The translations under genes were made by a program, and so were the position numbers. Positions 48,990 through 62,340 of a stretch of DNA of 64,000 nucleotides are shown here, in pieces. Numbering within the stretch: position 1 is the first letter of the stretch; every line of letters begins with the position of its first letter. Origin of the DNA: Eledone cirrhosa (taxonomy: Eukaryota); NCBI GenBank assembly GCA_964016885.1, contig OZ024740.1, positions 217,372,001-217,436,000 of the forward strand, read 5' to 3'. The notes below the pieces were generated by a model. It was given only the letters and a program-made list of their open reading frames with translations, ran no database searches and was not told the origin of the DNA.

Positions 48990-49196
48990 AGAACACAACA
49001 GGCTGCTTTCTGATTCGGGATAATTATGTTTCTGAATAATAATTGCAATTTCTTTTAATAATAATTGCAATTTTTGTGAATAACATTGTAAATTTTGTAA
49101 ATAATAATTTAAATATCTTTTTAATAAAATAAACAAACATACAACAACAATTTATTGTTTTTCTAGATTCTTCTTCTTGTTCTTCTTATTATTATT

Positions 49197-51010
49197 GGTC
49201 TAATCGGACGACTTTTTGCTCGCTTCTGTAAGTCTCTTTATTTACCTGCCATAATTATTTATTGTTAGATTTTTGTTGTTGTGTAAAGGATATAAGCCCT
49301 TGGACTTTGCCCTGTCAAGGGAAATGTACAATATTTGGGCCTTTTGGCCCAAATATTCGAACCTTTTACATTTAAAAATTATCGAAAAAAAAAACATGGC
49401 TGAGCCATGCGCCCAGCGATATGTCTGCTGACGTGCGACAACGACGCAAAAGTTGAGAGGAGTGTTACGGCGAACACAGAAATTGATACAACAAACACCA
49501 CCACAAACAACGTGAACACAGACAGCAATGACAACAAGATTGAGAACACTAATTTGGAAAAAAATGACCACACAAACCACAACAGTAACAGCGACAACCA
49601 AAATACAGACAACAGAAAAAATGACAACAAATGCAACAACAATATTAACACCACTAACATGAAAACAAATAGCGACAACACCAACAGCAATGATACAAAT
49701 TGTACCGAGAACAACAACAACGGCAGCAGCAAAGACATAACCAACTGCAAAGTGATAACAGCAACAACACCAACAACATCATTTGTAGCAACAGCAACAG
49801 CACAAACAACAAGACCAGTAGCAGCAGTAGTGGCGGCAACAATGATGCCAATGAAAAAGGGACCATCTCTTTTGCAAAGGTGGCTCGCAACGTAGAAACG
49901 GTCCTGGTCACAGAGGAGGAGATGGCGTTCGCAAGACACATGATAACCAGAACTGAATTTTCAGTGTCCTTGATACCACCAACCGACTTCCTGGGGGAAC
50001 AAGAGCGACGCACAGTATCATACCGCACGATTGCCACGAAATCACGTCGTGTGGATAGAGTCTCGGCGGCCCAAATCCAGAAGGCCTTGGAAAATGTGTG
50101 GTCGCGGAAAACCCACATCACCCGAGGCAAGAAATATGCTACTGTGGACCTTCTATTTGGTACCACCAAGGAAGAAAAATCAACCTACGAAGTGATGACA
50201 TAATGTTAGTCCCGTTTTACTGCGGGAAAAAAATTGCAACGGTCAGGGTAGCCCAGGTTCCGCCCTACGTACCCGTGCCTTGGCTGGTCGTTACTGTTCT
50301 TGCAGGTACAGAAGTTGGGGAGAGAGGATTGGTCAGGTATTGCATCAGCGCTATTCCCGACGTTATAGACTTCTGGAATGGCTCCCAAGTTCCCATATCA
50401 GTAGAAGGCAGGTGCCCAAAGTGCTTCAACTATGGATCGAAGTCTCACCTCAAGACCTTCTGCCCAGAGAAAATAACAAAGGCGAAGTTTCCACCACCCC
50501 CTCTTCCAACGCCGGAACCCCTGCCACCAGAAACAGAGCAGTCAGCGAAAAAGTGGGGAGCTTCCACAGAGAATAGGAAGACAACGTCCGTAACACCCAC
50601 ACCAAAGCCACGGACAACAAAAACAGCGGCGGCAGCTGCATCAACAGAACCAGATTCCACCACCACAAACAACAACAAAGACAAATGAGAGGGTAGAACT
50701 CAGACCCCTCCCCGACCTCTCACAGTCGGACATGGAGTCTGAGGCGGCTGAGGAGTGGAAAACGGTTGTCAAAAAACAAAAAAACAAACAAACGCAAAAA
50801 CACCACAGCTTCTCCCTCCAAAAGCGAAAGCAAAAAAGAGTGGTAAAGGCTGTCAGGAGACTTGAAGCAACACCACCACCATCACCACCACATGCATCAC
50901 CACCAACAACAACAACCACACCTCCACCAACATCACCACAAACAGCAACATCGCAAACACAACAAAGCACACACACCCAACAGCAACAAAACCCCGCCTC
51001 CCCCAAACTG
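49197..51010 (+). mobile_element. Tx1-like LINE 5' fragment (5'UTR + degenerate ORF1), 3'-truncated
   Basis: Paralog of 23703-25232, continues further into ORF1, then joins block A' at about 51010. Confidence 0.9.
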
Positions 51011-51865
51011 CCCAAACGGGATTCCTCCAATAGATCTTCGGAGTAACGTTACTCGATAGAGTGCATATCTTGGAGATCAGAGCTTCAATCCAGGCAGAGC
51101 CGCTACTTCTCCTAATTTATCACAGCTCTGATACTATGGGCATGTGGTTACAATGTCTCAAGGAAGAATCGCTGGACAGATTTTACGAAAAAAAATCAAC
51201 CGGCAGTAGACCCAAGCAAGATAGTTGGATAACATCCAAGAGCTTGGCTGGTCACGCTTGGAGATCCAGCCGGATCAGTTGGAAACGGTTGCTTCCAACA
51301 GCACCCGCTGGAATGAGTGTTTGAGGACTCAGCCCCCACTATCCTCTTTCTTGATACTTGTACATTATTCTATGTATTAAACATGCACCTTTGATGAGTT
51401 GTGGTACACCTGAGCACTGTACACAATAATTTCATTATTATTTTAATATTACATTCCTAACAATTTCACGTTCGAAACCCCCTTCAGGGGTGTCCGACCC
51501 TTAAAAATCAACAAAGGTGATACCTGTGATAGTGCAGTTTGAGAGGATCTTGTGTGTGAACTTGCTGAAAGTAACGGGCATGTTTTGATCTTGTTAGATC
51601 TCATCAGCGAAGAATATTCACTTTGCAAATTGGCCTAATAAAGATATGGGTAAAGTGTAATATTTTGGTTAGCTAATGAAGGAGATTCTACGTGGTCTTT
51701 AAACAACTAGAAATAGCAGCTAAATTTCCTTCAATTCTCATGCTACTGTCGTAAAAAAAGACACATTATATAAGGTAGTTTTAAACACACTACTCCGCTA
51801 GGAATACCTGTGAATATCGGTCTGTTGGACCAGGGGTTGTCTTAGAGCTAAACAGTAACATTAGC

Positions 51866-51897
<32 letters not shown>

Positions 51898-51924
51898 CTA
51901 CTACTACTACTACTACAACTACCA

Positions 51925-51989
<65 letters not shown>

Positions 51990-52530
51990 ACTACTACTGC
52001 TGCTGCTGCTACAACAACAACAACAACAACAACTACTACTACTATTACTACTACCACCATCACCACCACAGCCACCACCATCACCACTGTTGGTTTGAGA
52101 GCAGAGGAAATCTCATAAGGACCTGCAGAACCCTACTTTAGATAAGACTTAAATATAACTCCTCAAGATTAGGGAATAAAAATACCTTTTAAATGTCGCT
52201 TTTAATAATTCTTATTTGTTAAAAGTTTCGGTACCAAGGTCATTAAATATCCATTTATCAGAATTCGTACATTGCTTAATTAGACCTGGATAACTAGTAG
52301 AATGTAATTTCTATTTTATCATTTATACTCCTCTGCTAACCAGTAAATTTCAAAATGGCGTCACAATGATTTGCTAACAAACAGCTTTGCAGCCATACCA
52401 AATATAAATTGACAGACTTATACAGACTGTTTGTCTCGCTGGTGAGTGCACAATTGCATGAAACTGGAGCCATACAACTCCGAGAAGAAACGGTAATATA
52501 TTATAGAAATAAAACTTTTACGCATCAATG

Positions 52531-52571
<41 letters not shown>

Positions 52572-53293
52572 CACACACGTATACATACTTACACGTATAT
52601 TCTGTGCCTAAATAATTTTTTGCTGTTCATCAAAACACACACACAGGCACGCTTATCCCAATAACAGCATTGTACATTCACTGTTTGATAGACACATTGG
52701 CTTTTCACGGTGTCACTTCTAACGCCACATGAACTATGTGTCTTTAGGTAATGGTAGAAGTCAAAATTCGTTTACTGAACACACTTATGTGGTCAATGCT
52801 TCTTTACGGCTGCGAATGGTGGACTTTCACGAATCAGACCCAGAGATAACTCGAGTCTACTGAGATCTATTTCTATCGCAGAATAATCAGGCCCTCGTAC
52901 GTCGACTGGATAAATAATTGTTTCTACTTTTGGCACAAGGCCAGCAATTATCCAGTACATTACTGGTACTTTATTGACCCCGTAAGGAGGAAAGGCAAAG
53001 TTAACTTCGGCTGGATTTGAACTCAGAATGGATAAATAATGAAGAGATTTTGAAGTCAGTGCGGACGGAACGTGAGATAATGCTCACTATTAAAAAGAGA
53101 CAACTAATGTTCCTCGGAATGTCATCAGGAAAGGCATGATGGAAAACTTTTCCACTAGCGGAAACATTCCTGGGAAGTGTGTCAGAGGTCGTCAAAGGAG
53201 GTTGTTTTGTGACAATTTCAACATCAAAGCCACAAAAGTAAGGGATCTCGCCCGAGATCGAACACCATGGAATGCCATTATTGGTCAAACACT

Positions 53294-53414
53294 ATCTGAG
53301 TTCAAATCCCGCCGAGGTTGACTTTGCCTTTCATCCTTACGGGGTCGATAAAATAAAGTACCAGTAATACACTGGGTAATTGCTGGCCTTGTGCCTAAAG
53401 TAGAAATAATTATT
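53294..53414 (+). mobile_element. 5'-truncated SINE with TSD
   Basis: TSD ATTATTGGTCAAACACT at 53277-53293 and 53409-53425; empty site at about 5652-5668. Confidence 0.88.
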
Positions 53415-53462
53415 GGTCAAACACTGAAACAGTGATGGCACAAGAAGAAGAAGAAGAAGAAG

Positions 53463-53493
<31 letters not shown>

Positions 53494-53997
53494 CCCTATC
53501 ACTTCTATCGCTACATGAACGATCTATATTTTTGTAGTTGTAGAACACCCTGTCGCTCCTATCGCTAGATGAACGACCTATATTTATGTACTGGTAGAAG
53601 TCCCTATCACTTCTATCGCTACATGAACGATGTATCTTTACTGGTAGAAGTGACAACATCCATATGAATACCATTTGTCTCTTACTTCTTTTGATATGCT
53701 TCATGTTCAACAGAAACTTATGACAAATAACTGAATCATAATTTACAGCAGTGTCAAATAATATTTAAAAGAACATTTCTTTCTAGAAGACAATTCGAGA
53801 TGAAATTTATAACCAGAGATTTTCTTAGAGTTTCGAGTGACATTTTAATGTTTCATAAGAGTTTCCGAGAAAATCTACAAGAATTTTTTCGAAACCTAAC
53901 TAAAGAGATTACCCTTTAGTCATTAAAATTTACATTGACAATCTCTCTCTCTTTCTCTACCTGTCTCACTCTCTCTTTCAATCTCTGTCTCTCAGTT

Positions 53998-54063
<66 letters not shown>

Positions 54064-54139
54064 ATTAGAGTTAAAACTCAATTGGAACCCTGTACGTATT
54101 AAGCTCCAAGTATAAATATAAATATAAATACTGAGCCAA

Positions 54140-54625
54140 TTAATAATATATAGTAAGAAACACAGTAAACCGTGTGTCTAAAATTACAAGGGTTGAAAAA
54201 CCACATTTGTTTGAAATATTTAACCAAGAAGCAGACAGAATGATAAAATATACAAACCGCCGCAATAACCATTATATCTCTCGGACAGATTATCCCTAAT
54301 CTGTTTCGCCCTGAGTGTGTTTGTAACAGATAATACCACGTTTGACTAGTGGAGCACGAGGTGATAAATTCATCTTTCTGTGTGAACGTTGGCAAATAGT
54401 GTTTGTGGCATTTAATCAGAATCTCTCGCTGATGAAGCCCAGGATTATCTGTTACAAACACACTCAGGGCGAAACAGATTAGGGATAATCTGTCCGAGAG
54501 ATATAATGGTTATTGCAGCGGTTTGTATATTTTATCATTCTGTCTGCTTCTTGGTTAAATATTTCAAACAAATGTGGTTTTTCAACCCTTGTAATTTTAG
54601 ACACACGGTTTACTGTGTTTCTTAC

Positions 54626-54635
<10 letters not shown>
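54140..54635. repeat. Inverted repeat insert (PLE pLTR-like) in a (TA)n tract
   Basis: Arms about 54142-54335 and 54444-54635; absent at the paralogous tract 6281-6360. Confidence 0.9.
54421..54502 (+). ncRNA. Canonical type-I hammerhead ribozyme, GUC site
   Basis: ATCTCTCG-CTGATGA-A-GCCC..GGGC-GAAA-CAGATT..AATCTG-TC-CGAGAGAT. Confidence 0.92.
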
Positions 54636-54668
<33 letters not shown>

Positions 54669-55092
54669 CGTCTGTGTATTAGTAGAGTGTAAACATCAAT
54701 ATATATATCTATATATCCAGGGAGTGTAACTTGGAGTTACTGTAGGTTCACCCGGGTGAGCACTCAATGTTTAGGTTCACTTCAGTGTCGAAGTGTAGAG
54801 CTTGACACAGTGTACTATAGTGAAATAGATTTTAGTTACTATGGAGAATTTTATAAAAATAACAAAATAAGATGCTGAGGTTACATATATCGTTTAATCA
54901 TTATACTTATTTCCACTGTTCACCATGCAATCGAGATGCCCTTCATACATTTGCTGTTGCTATGAGAACAGTATCCTCAGATGAATAACCGATATGTTTG
55001 ATATGTCGCTGGCAGGTAAAACACACGTCCAATTGCTCGTGCGCCTAGCAGACATATGAGTTCCTTGAAGGGTTTGCCAGCGGTCGTGTTTG

Positions 55093-55146
<54 letters not shown>

Positions 55147-55312
55147 CGTGAGCGTATTAATAGAGTGTAAATATCAAGATTAATATAGAAATGGCTTCTA
55201 CAGGACTAGAACTGTTTCAATCAGAAGAAATCATCAGGCTTTATTGAGGATTCAATTTGAATTCAACAGTTCTATTCCTGTAGAAGCCATTTCTATATTA
55301 AGCTTGATATAC

Positions 55313-55451
<139 letters not shown>

Positions 55452-55814
55452 ATATATTAATAAATGGAAACTATATTTATAAAACCATAGTTATTTTATT
55501 ATATATATTTCAAGGGCAACCAAGGTAAATTTTGGTGCGCTTTCATCAGATAAAATACAAAATTTGTTTTATAAATGTTGACATACCCGTAGAAAACAAC
55601 CTTGACGGTTGAAGGTTCTCTGGATAGTGGAATTTTTTATTTATTTAGGGTAATTCAAAGTTATGTGTGAGTATGCAAATGAATGTCAGAAAGATTAAAA
55701 AAAACAACGGTTTATTTAAATTATACTGTTGGAAAAAGAGTTAGAAAAAAAAGAGAAAAAGAGAAAGGGAGAAAAAAAAAGAAGAAAAATGTAAATATAG
55801 TTTCCATTTATTAA

Positions 55815-55990
55815 TATATTGTTTCTACTTTAGGCACAAGGCCAGCAATTATTCAGTACATTACTGGTACTTTATTTTATCGACCCCCTAAGGATGAAAG
55901 GCAAAGTTAACCTCGGCGGGATTTGAACTCAGACTGTAAAGGGACGTAACTATGCTAGAAAGCATGGCGTCCGACCCTCTGCCAATTCAC
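55815..55990 (-). mobile_element. tRNA-derived SINE, near full length
   Basis: Reverse complement of the 3550-3738 family; flanked by duplicated ATTTATTAATATATTG. Confidence 0.85.
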
Positions 55991-56129
55991 AGCATTTATT
56001 AATATATTGAATATTTACTCCAGTAAACTGTTGAGTGCTTCATATCAGTTATAAAACTTTTAAGCTTGTTGAATCCCAACAAATTAAATATAACATTTGC
56101 ATATATATATATATATATATAGTGTTAAT

Positions 56130-56168
56130 TGAACAAGTACTTTCATGCTTTCGCAATCTTCAGGTTCA
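56130..56168 (-). ncRNA. Very compact (39 nt) hammerhead ribozyme in a short insert within (TA)n
   Basis: TGAAC-CTGAAGA-TTGC/GAAA/GCAT-GAAA-GTAC-TT-GTTCA. Confidence 0.8.
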
Positions 56169-56201
56169 TGATATGTGGTGACAGTCGAGTTTGCAATTTT
56201 C

Positions 56202-56275
<74 letters not shown>

Positions 56276-56789
56276 GTTAAACAAGGTTCAATGAATAAAT
56301 CAAAGAATGAGTTTTACAATAGATTGGAAGCATTCAACAACAATCGTTTTCCGGAGTTATTAATCAGATTATGAAACTTTAATAATGTTTTATTTTCTAT
56401 TCATTTATGATAGAATTAATGTTAAACTAAAGGGTCTTGTTTAGGTATATAAACATATTGTTTGTTAACATGTTCTCTTGATGAATATGCACACCTTTGG
56501 ATATTTTAGATATATATAATTTAGATTGGGATCCTTATATATTTGTTTTTGTTTTAAATATATAATTTGGATATATAACTCATAAGAATACCGGTTATAA
56601 TTGAACCGTAAATCATTCATGTATATATTTTACTCATTTTGAGTATGTTTTAGGATTCAGAAAGTTAGATTTGTACATTTTTATTTTTTTATATATATTT
56701 AGGTATAAATGTCATAAATGATACTAGTCGACAAATATTGGTGTTTCTTTCCACTGAACTGGATGTAAAACTACAATTATAACATTATT

Positions 56790-56915
56790 AATAATTGTTT
56801 CTACAATAGGCACAAGGCCAGAAAATATCCCAGTGTATTACTGGTACTTTATTTTATCGACCCCCGTTAGGATGAAAGGCAAAGTTAACCTCGATGGGAT
56901 TTGAACTCAGAATGG
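56790..56915 (-). mobile_element. SINE 3' fragment associated with a local duplication of about 130 bp
   Basis: SINE family match; 56650-56790 repeated at 56956-57100. Confidence 0.75.
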
Positions 56916-59900
56916 CAAGGGCCTTGTAATTATTTATTTATTATATGTATATCGTTTAGGATTCAGAAAGTTAGATTTGTACATTTTTTATTTTCTTATA
57001 TATATTTAGGTACAAATGTCACAAATGATACTAGTCGACACATATTGGTCTTTCTTTCCACTGAACTGGATGTAAAACTACAATTATAACATTACTAATA
57101 ATGATTGTAATTATTTATTTATTATATGTATATCGTTTCACTAATACCTATAATACTCTCTCTATATATTTGAACAAATCTTTTTATCTAGTATAACATG
57201 CCCCTAGTTACATTTATAAGTAATTTAGATACTCAAATGACTCTCTATTGTTATAATTGTTACATATTTTCTGAATGTTCTAAATTATATAACGATTATT
57301 ACTTAATTTAATTTAATTTATTTTAATTAAATTCGGGTTACCTCCGGGTCATTGAAATCCTTAGCTCCTCTTTCTAACATCTTCGTGGACACTTTAGAAG
57401 TGTTGTTAGTCTACTATATAAATTTAAAAAATCTCTTGCATTTTTATGATCGCAAACAATTCATTATTTTTACCTTTTCACTTTTTATTTTGAATCTAGT
57501 CCTTATCCTTAGGATTCATGAAGTTTTGATTTGTATATTTATAGTATATATCTATTAAATGATCCTATTATAATAATTGATCTAAAACATTAATTTTAAC
57601 AATATTATCAGTAACTTATTTATTGTATTGTATTATGTTATGTCTAATTGAGAGGTATCATCTTAATCTTTAGACAATATAATCTTTGTGTATTTTTTTG
57701 ATAAACGCATATATATAATTTAATAATCAAACTTTTTAAGTTTAATTATAAGGCCTGTTGATCCATTAGGCATTCAAATTGTTTATCTTAAAATTCTTTA
57801 AAGATTATAACTGTAATTATTTTCTAAATTATATAATGTAAACTATTTTCAATATAATATAAATAATTTAATATTATACAATACATTTAGTAAAGTTTAC
57901 CTTCGCGAGGATGTAAAAGCATTATGTTTTCTTTCTCGTGTTTGTAAATCCTTTAAATCTTATTTCAGAAAATTTGATTTTATGAATTAAATATGATAGT
58001 ATACTTTAATATTAATAGAGATATTTATTAACTTTTATAACCTAAAATATTATTCATTACTCTGTACTAACTTAAATTAAATGATTTGAATGTTAGCGGT
58101 CAACCAGATACGTTTGAATATATATTGTATATATAGATAATTATCTATAGACTTGGTATTAACCTTCATATGAATACACCCAATTATAATTAAAATTTCG
58201 ATTGATGAATACTTTTAGATAATTCAATAATTCAATGAATTGAGATTTTTTCTTTTTCCTAAAGCTAAGCCCAAATGTTGTTCTAATTAATATCTCCCTA
58301 TATATTACACTATAAAAATTATTCCTCTTTATCTCTCTGTAATCAACTCTCTTTTTCTTTCTAAGCTCTTACTAGCTATATTATCCCCTCATCTGTTTCT
58401 TTCTCTATGCCCTTCTTTTCTTTCCTCTTTCTTCAGTAATTTAAATTATTTGAATCTCTAACAGTTATATTGCTGCTATATATGTTTTAAGCTTTCTCAA
58501 ACGCACCCTCTCTATTATATGTATTATATGTAGGTTTTATTCATGTTTCAATATTAAGGTATATAAATATTGTGTGTTGTCATATATTACTCACCGACCA
58601 GGTCCATACTCGATAACCTCCACCTCATTTGATACATCATAGAGAGGCTAGGGTGTAAACTGGCTTCGGTGAGGCTTTGATCAATTTAGATCAATCAAAG
58701 GCATTTGATAGGGTCGACTATCAATACCTGGAAGCGGTTCTCAAGGCAGCCGGTTTCAGCCCAGTCTTCAGAGGCTGGATCGCTGCTACGCACAGCAACA
58801 TCTGCTCGGCAGTCAAGGTGAATGGCTACCTATCGGAGCCATTCCAAATCATGCGTTCCATCCGTCAAGGATGTCCTTTCTCTTCCATTCTGTATGTACT
58901 GACTCTCGAGCCACTACTGCGGAAGTTGGAGCTATTGCATGGCATCCTGATGTAACTAGGACTGCGAAAAGCAGCGTCAAGAGATGACCGTAATTGTGTC
59001 GAAAACCTCGGAAATCGAGGTAATCGTCAACAGGAATACAAAACGTTCACAGGAGCAAGACTAAACCCAAACAAGTATCTCGGTTTGCAACTCGGTACAT
59101 GGATAGACAAACCATGCCGTCAGAAAGCGTCGTTGGATGCTGACGAAAATTGGAACGAGTGGGCTGAGTGCAAACTGTAGTTAAAAGTTCGGGCGGGGGT
59201 GGCCAACACTTACATAGCATCTATCATCTACTACCGCTTGACAGTCGTGCCTTGCCCCCGCGAATACCTCACCAAAATGGAACGCCTACTCTTCAAATTT
59301 CTCTGGAAGAATCAGGCTCCATTGGTGAGGAGATCCATCTGCTGTCAACGACCTTCTAACAGAGGGCAGCGATGCCGTAGCTGATGATGCGCTAACACGC
59401 GCTGAGGCTATGCCATCTCCAGGTATTCCTGACCGGTGTGGCTGTCGTTTGTGAGATCAGCTCTTCCACAACTCGTCTCACTAACAGAGCTAGAGTCCTG
59501 GGTCAAGCGAAGACCGAAAATGGGCGCCTGGCACCTCGAGTGCCTTCAGGCGTTCACAGCCCTCTACCAAGCGGAAACGGCAATCAGCGGAGACTCAACT
59601 TCGACATTCTATAGGGTATTAGTGGAGGATAAATCCGACGACGTTCTCGGGGAATTCTAGGCATCGAGGAGGACGAACTGACCAGTCTGTTCGGAAGGAC
59701 TCTCCGTCCAGGGCCTATGGATAACTGCCAGAGGTCTCTGGCCTGGCAGTGCTACCGAGGAGTTCTAACAGTTCGAGACAAAATCTACAGGCACGGACGC
59801 CCTGGCAGAGATCCTGCTAAAAGGGCCTGCCCAAGATGCAAGCAGGACATCGAAACCGTTCTGCTCGCAATTGTTCAGTGCCCAGGGGTGACCGACCTGT

Positions 59901-60359
59901 GGAATTATGTCGAACAGCTACTGTCACGTGTGGGACGCATCTAGTTGTCAGCCTAGTCGATTGTGAGGATCAACCCGCCGCCTTCATTTAACAATGAAGG
60001 AGAGGCGATTTTGTTCTGTCTGGTGGCTATGGTGAAAGATGTAATATGGTGGACGAGGTTAAAAAGGACTTATCTCCCTCCTTAAGTACCACTTCAGAAG
60101 GAAGGTGAGAGTGGAGAGAGAGGTGCTACACCCCAGTAAATTCGCTGAAAGGTGGGTGAATGTGGCGGAAATGGCCCGAGGGAATGGGCCTTCTCTGTAT
60201 ATAAACCTGTAGGTTGAGGAAGATAAACAGAGGGAAGACGGGAACACGTACAAAACGTGCTCCTGGTGTTGAAGGTTGTTCTATCCACGCGGTGTAAAAC
60301 AACCCCACACTAACGTTCCCCCTATTTCAATTGTTATTTTATTATATATAGTTTATTTA

Positions 60360-62325
60360 CCTATAGTAATGATTATCTAGATACATATGGCCTTAGCAAC
60401 CTGTGCCCTACAAGACCAGCAAGAGGCAGACGACCTACCATTACTTCAATGGCCAAGAAAACTCACACAGATAGATGGAACGGGTGGACCAGAGCCATAC
60501 GGACCCCGAAAACCACGATGGACTAAAGAAAATGATTGCACATGCGGTGGGAGGCCTTAAGGAACATATGTTCAAATTTAATGGAAAAACATATGCCGAA
60601 GAGGAGGGAGCAGCCATTGATGTTAGCATTGCAGGTGACATAGCTAACCTATTCATGGTATGGTGGGACAATAAACCTAAACTTAAACTTAAAGAACAAT
60701 TACAAGACAGCAACCCCTTAACCCTGATAATGTACTCCCGCTACATTGATGATATAAACATCGTAGTAAAAACACCCCCACTAGAGAACAGTCAGGAATT
60801 AGAGAAAAACACCACGGAAAGTATCCAGCAAATAGCTAACTCCATCCACCAGAGTATTAGAGTTACTATAGACTACCCAAGCAAACACCCCAACCATCGA
60901 TTACCTGTACTAGACACAGAGCTCTGGTTAGATACCATTAATAACAAAAAACAAATCCTCCATTCCCATTATGCCAAACCCATGACTTCCAAATATCTGA
61001 TCCACCGAAACTCAGCTGTTTCAGACCATACCAAAATCAACATTCTGATTGCGGATTTCGTACGAGTGATGAGAAACGTGTCCCGCATGTGCAACCCCAA
61101 AGAACTAGAGAGACACATACAACACTTCATCCACCGTATGCAGTTCTCTGCTTACAATCAGAGAGATAAAATCAGAGTATATAGAGGAGCCAGAACCAAA
61201 TGGAAAAATGGTAAATAATGACACAAATGGGACCTGCCCCTTGTATAGGAGCAAATTTTGGAATAGAATAGAAAGAACTAGGAATAAGGTTAATAGAATA
61301 AACTCATGGTATGATAGCAATAAATACCAGAGTGTAATTTTCATCGATACAACCCTAGAGGTGAATTAGCTTACAAATTTAGAAGGGCCCTAGATAAACA
61401 TAAACTCAATATTAAGATAGTAGAAAGACCAGGTACCTCCGTAAAAACACTTATTAGCAATACATACCATTTTCAAAGACCTCCCTGTATAGATAAGAAA
61501 TGTATAATCTGTAAATTAAGCCTGCATATTAACTGTAAAAATAGAAATGTAGTATATAGCATAAGATGTATTGAAGGACAATGTAGAGATAAGAATATAG
61601 TGTACATAGGTGAGACAGCTCGTAGTATAGGGGAACGGATAAATGAACACTGGCGAGACCTTCAAGATAGTAAAGAATCAGCTGTACTCTACCAACATGC
61701 TAAAATAGAACATAAGGGTAAATTAGAGAACAAAGAAATAAAAATAGAATCTACACACAGAAAAGACTCAATGTTTAGACAAATCACAGAGGCAATAAAC
61801 ATAAAAGAATTACAGCCAAAATTAAATAGAAAACATGAGTGGAACAGCAATATCACAACTTATAATTAAGGACAAAATGAAAACACACACGCACATAGAA
61901 CAAACAACCAACCTGTAACATGTAAATAAACAAATAAATAAAGCAATATAAACGCACACAGACACCCGGATGTGGCGCATGCGCAGACTGAGCACACAAC
62001 ACACACACAGAAACAAGATGGCGTAGGACAGAACAAAGAAGAGGCACAAAAACAAAGAAAAGAATCCCCAGTCACTGAAGAGGTCACAGAATGTGTGACG
62101 AAAGAACTTTGACAATATATAAACAACCATCTGGTTGTGGAACCAACCAACCGGAAATTTATAAATTCCTAAATTTATAAATTTATTATAATAAATTGAA
62201 GTGAAAGCAACTGGTGCGTGTGTTTCTTATTGGCAACATGACCCTCCCAAAGTATAACAATATCGGTTTCAACACACGTTTTCAGATAAAGAATCTTGCT
62301 AAACAAATTCAGAAACGAAATATAT
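60360..62325 (+). mobile_element. 5'-truncated Penelope-like element: RT (60475-61218), GIY-YIG (about 61545-61869), pLTR
   Basis: GAAIDVSIAGDIANLFM, YSRYIDD, LPVLD; VVYSIRC..YIGETARSIGERINEH; frameshifted; absent from block A. Confidence 0.92.
62071..62113 (+). ncRNA. Minimal hammerhead in the pLTR of the PLE
   Basis: GTCA-CTGAAGA-GGTCAC/AGAATGT/GTGAC-GAAA-GAAC-TT-TGAC. Confidence 0.78.
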
Positions 62326-62340
62326 ATATATATATATATA

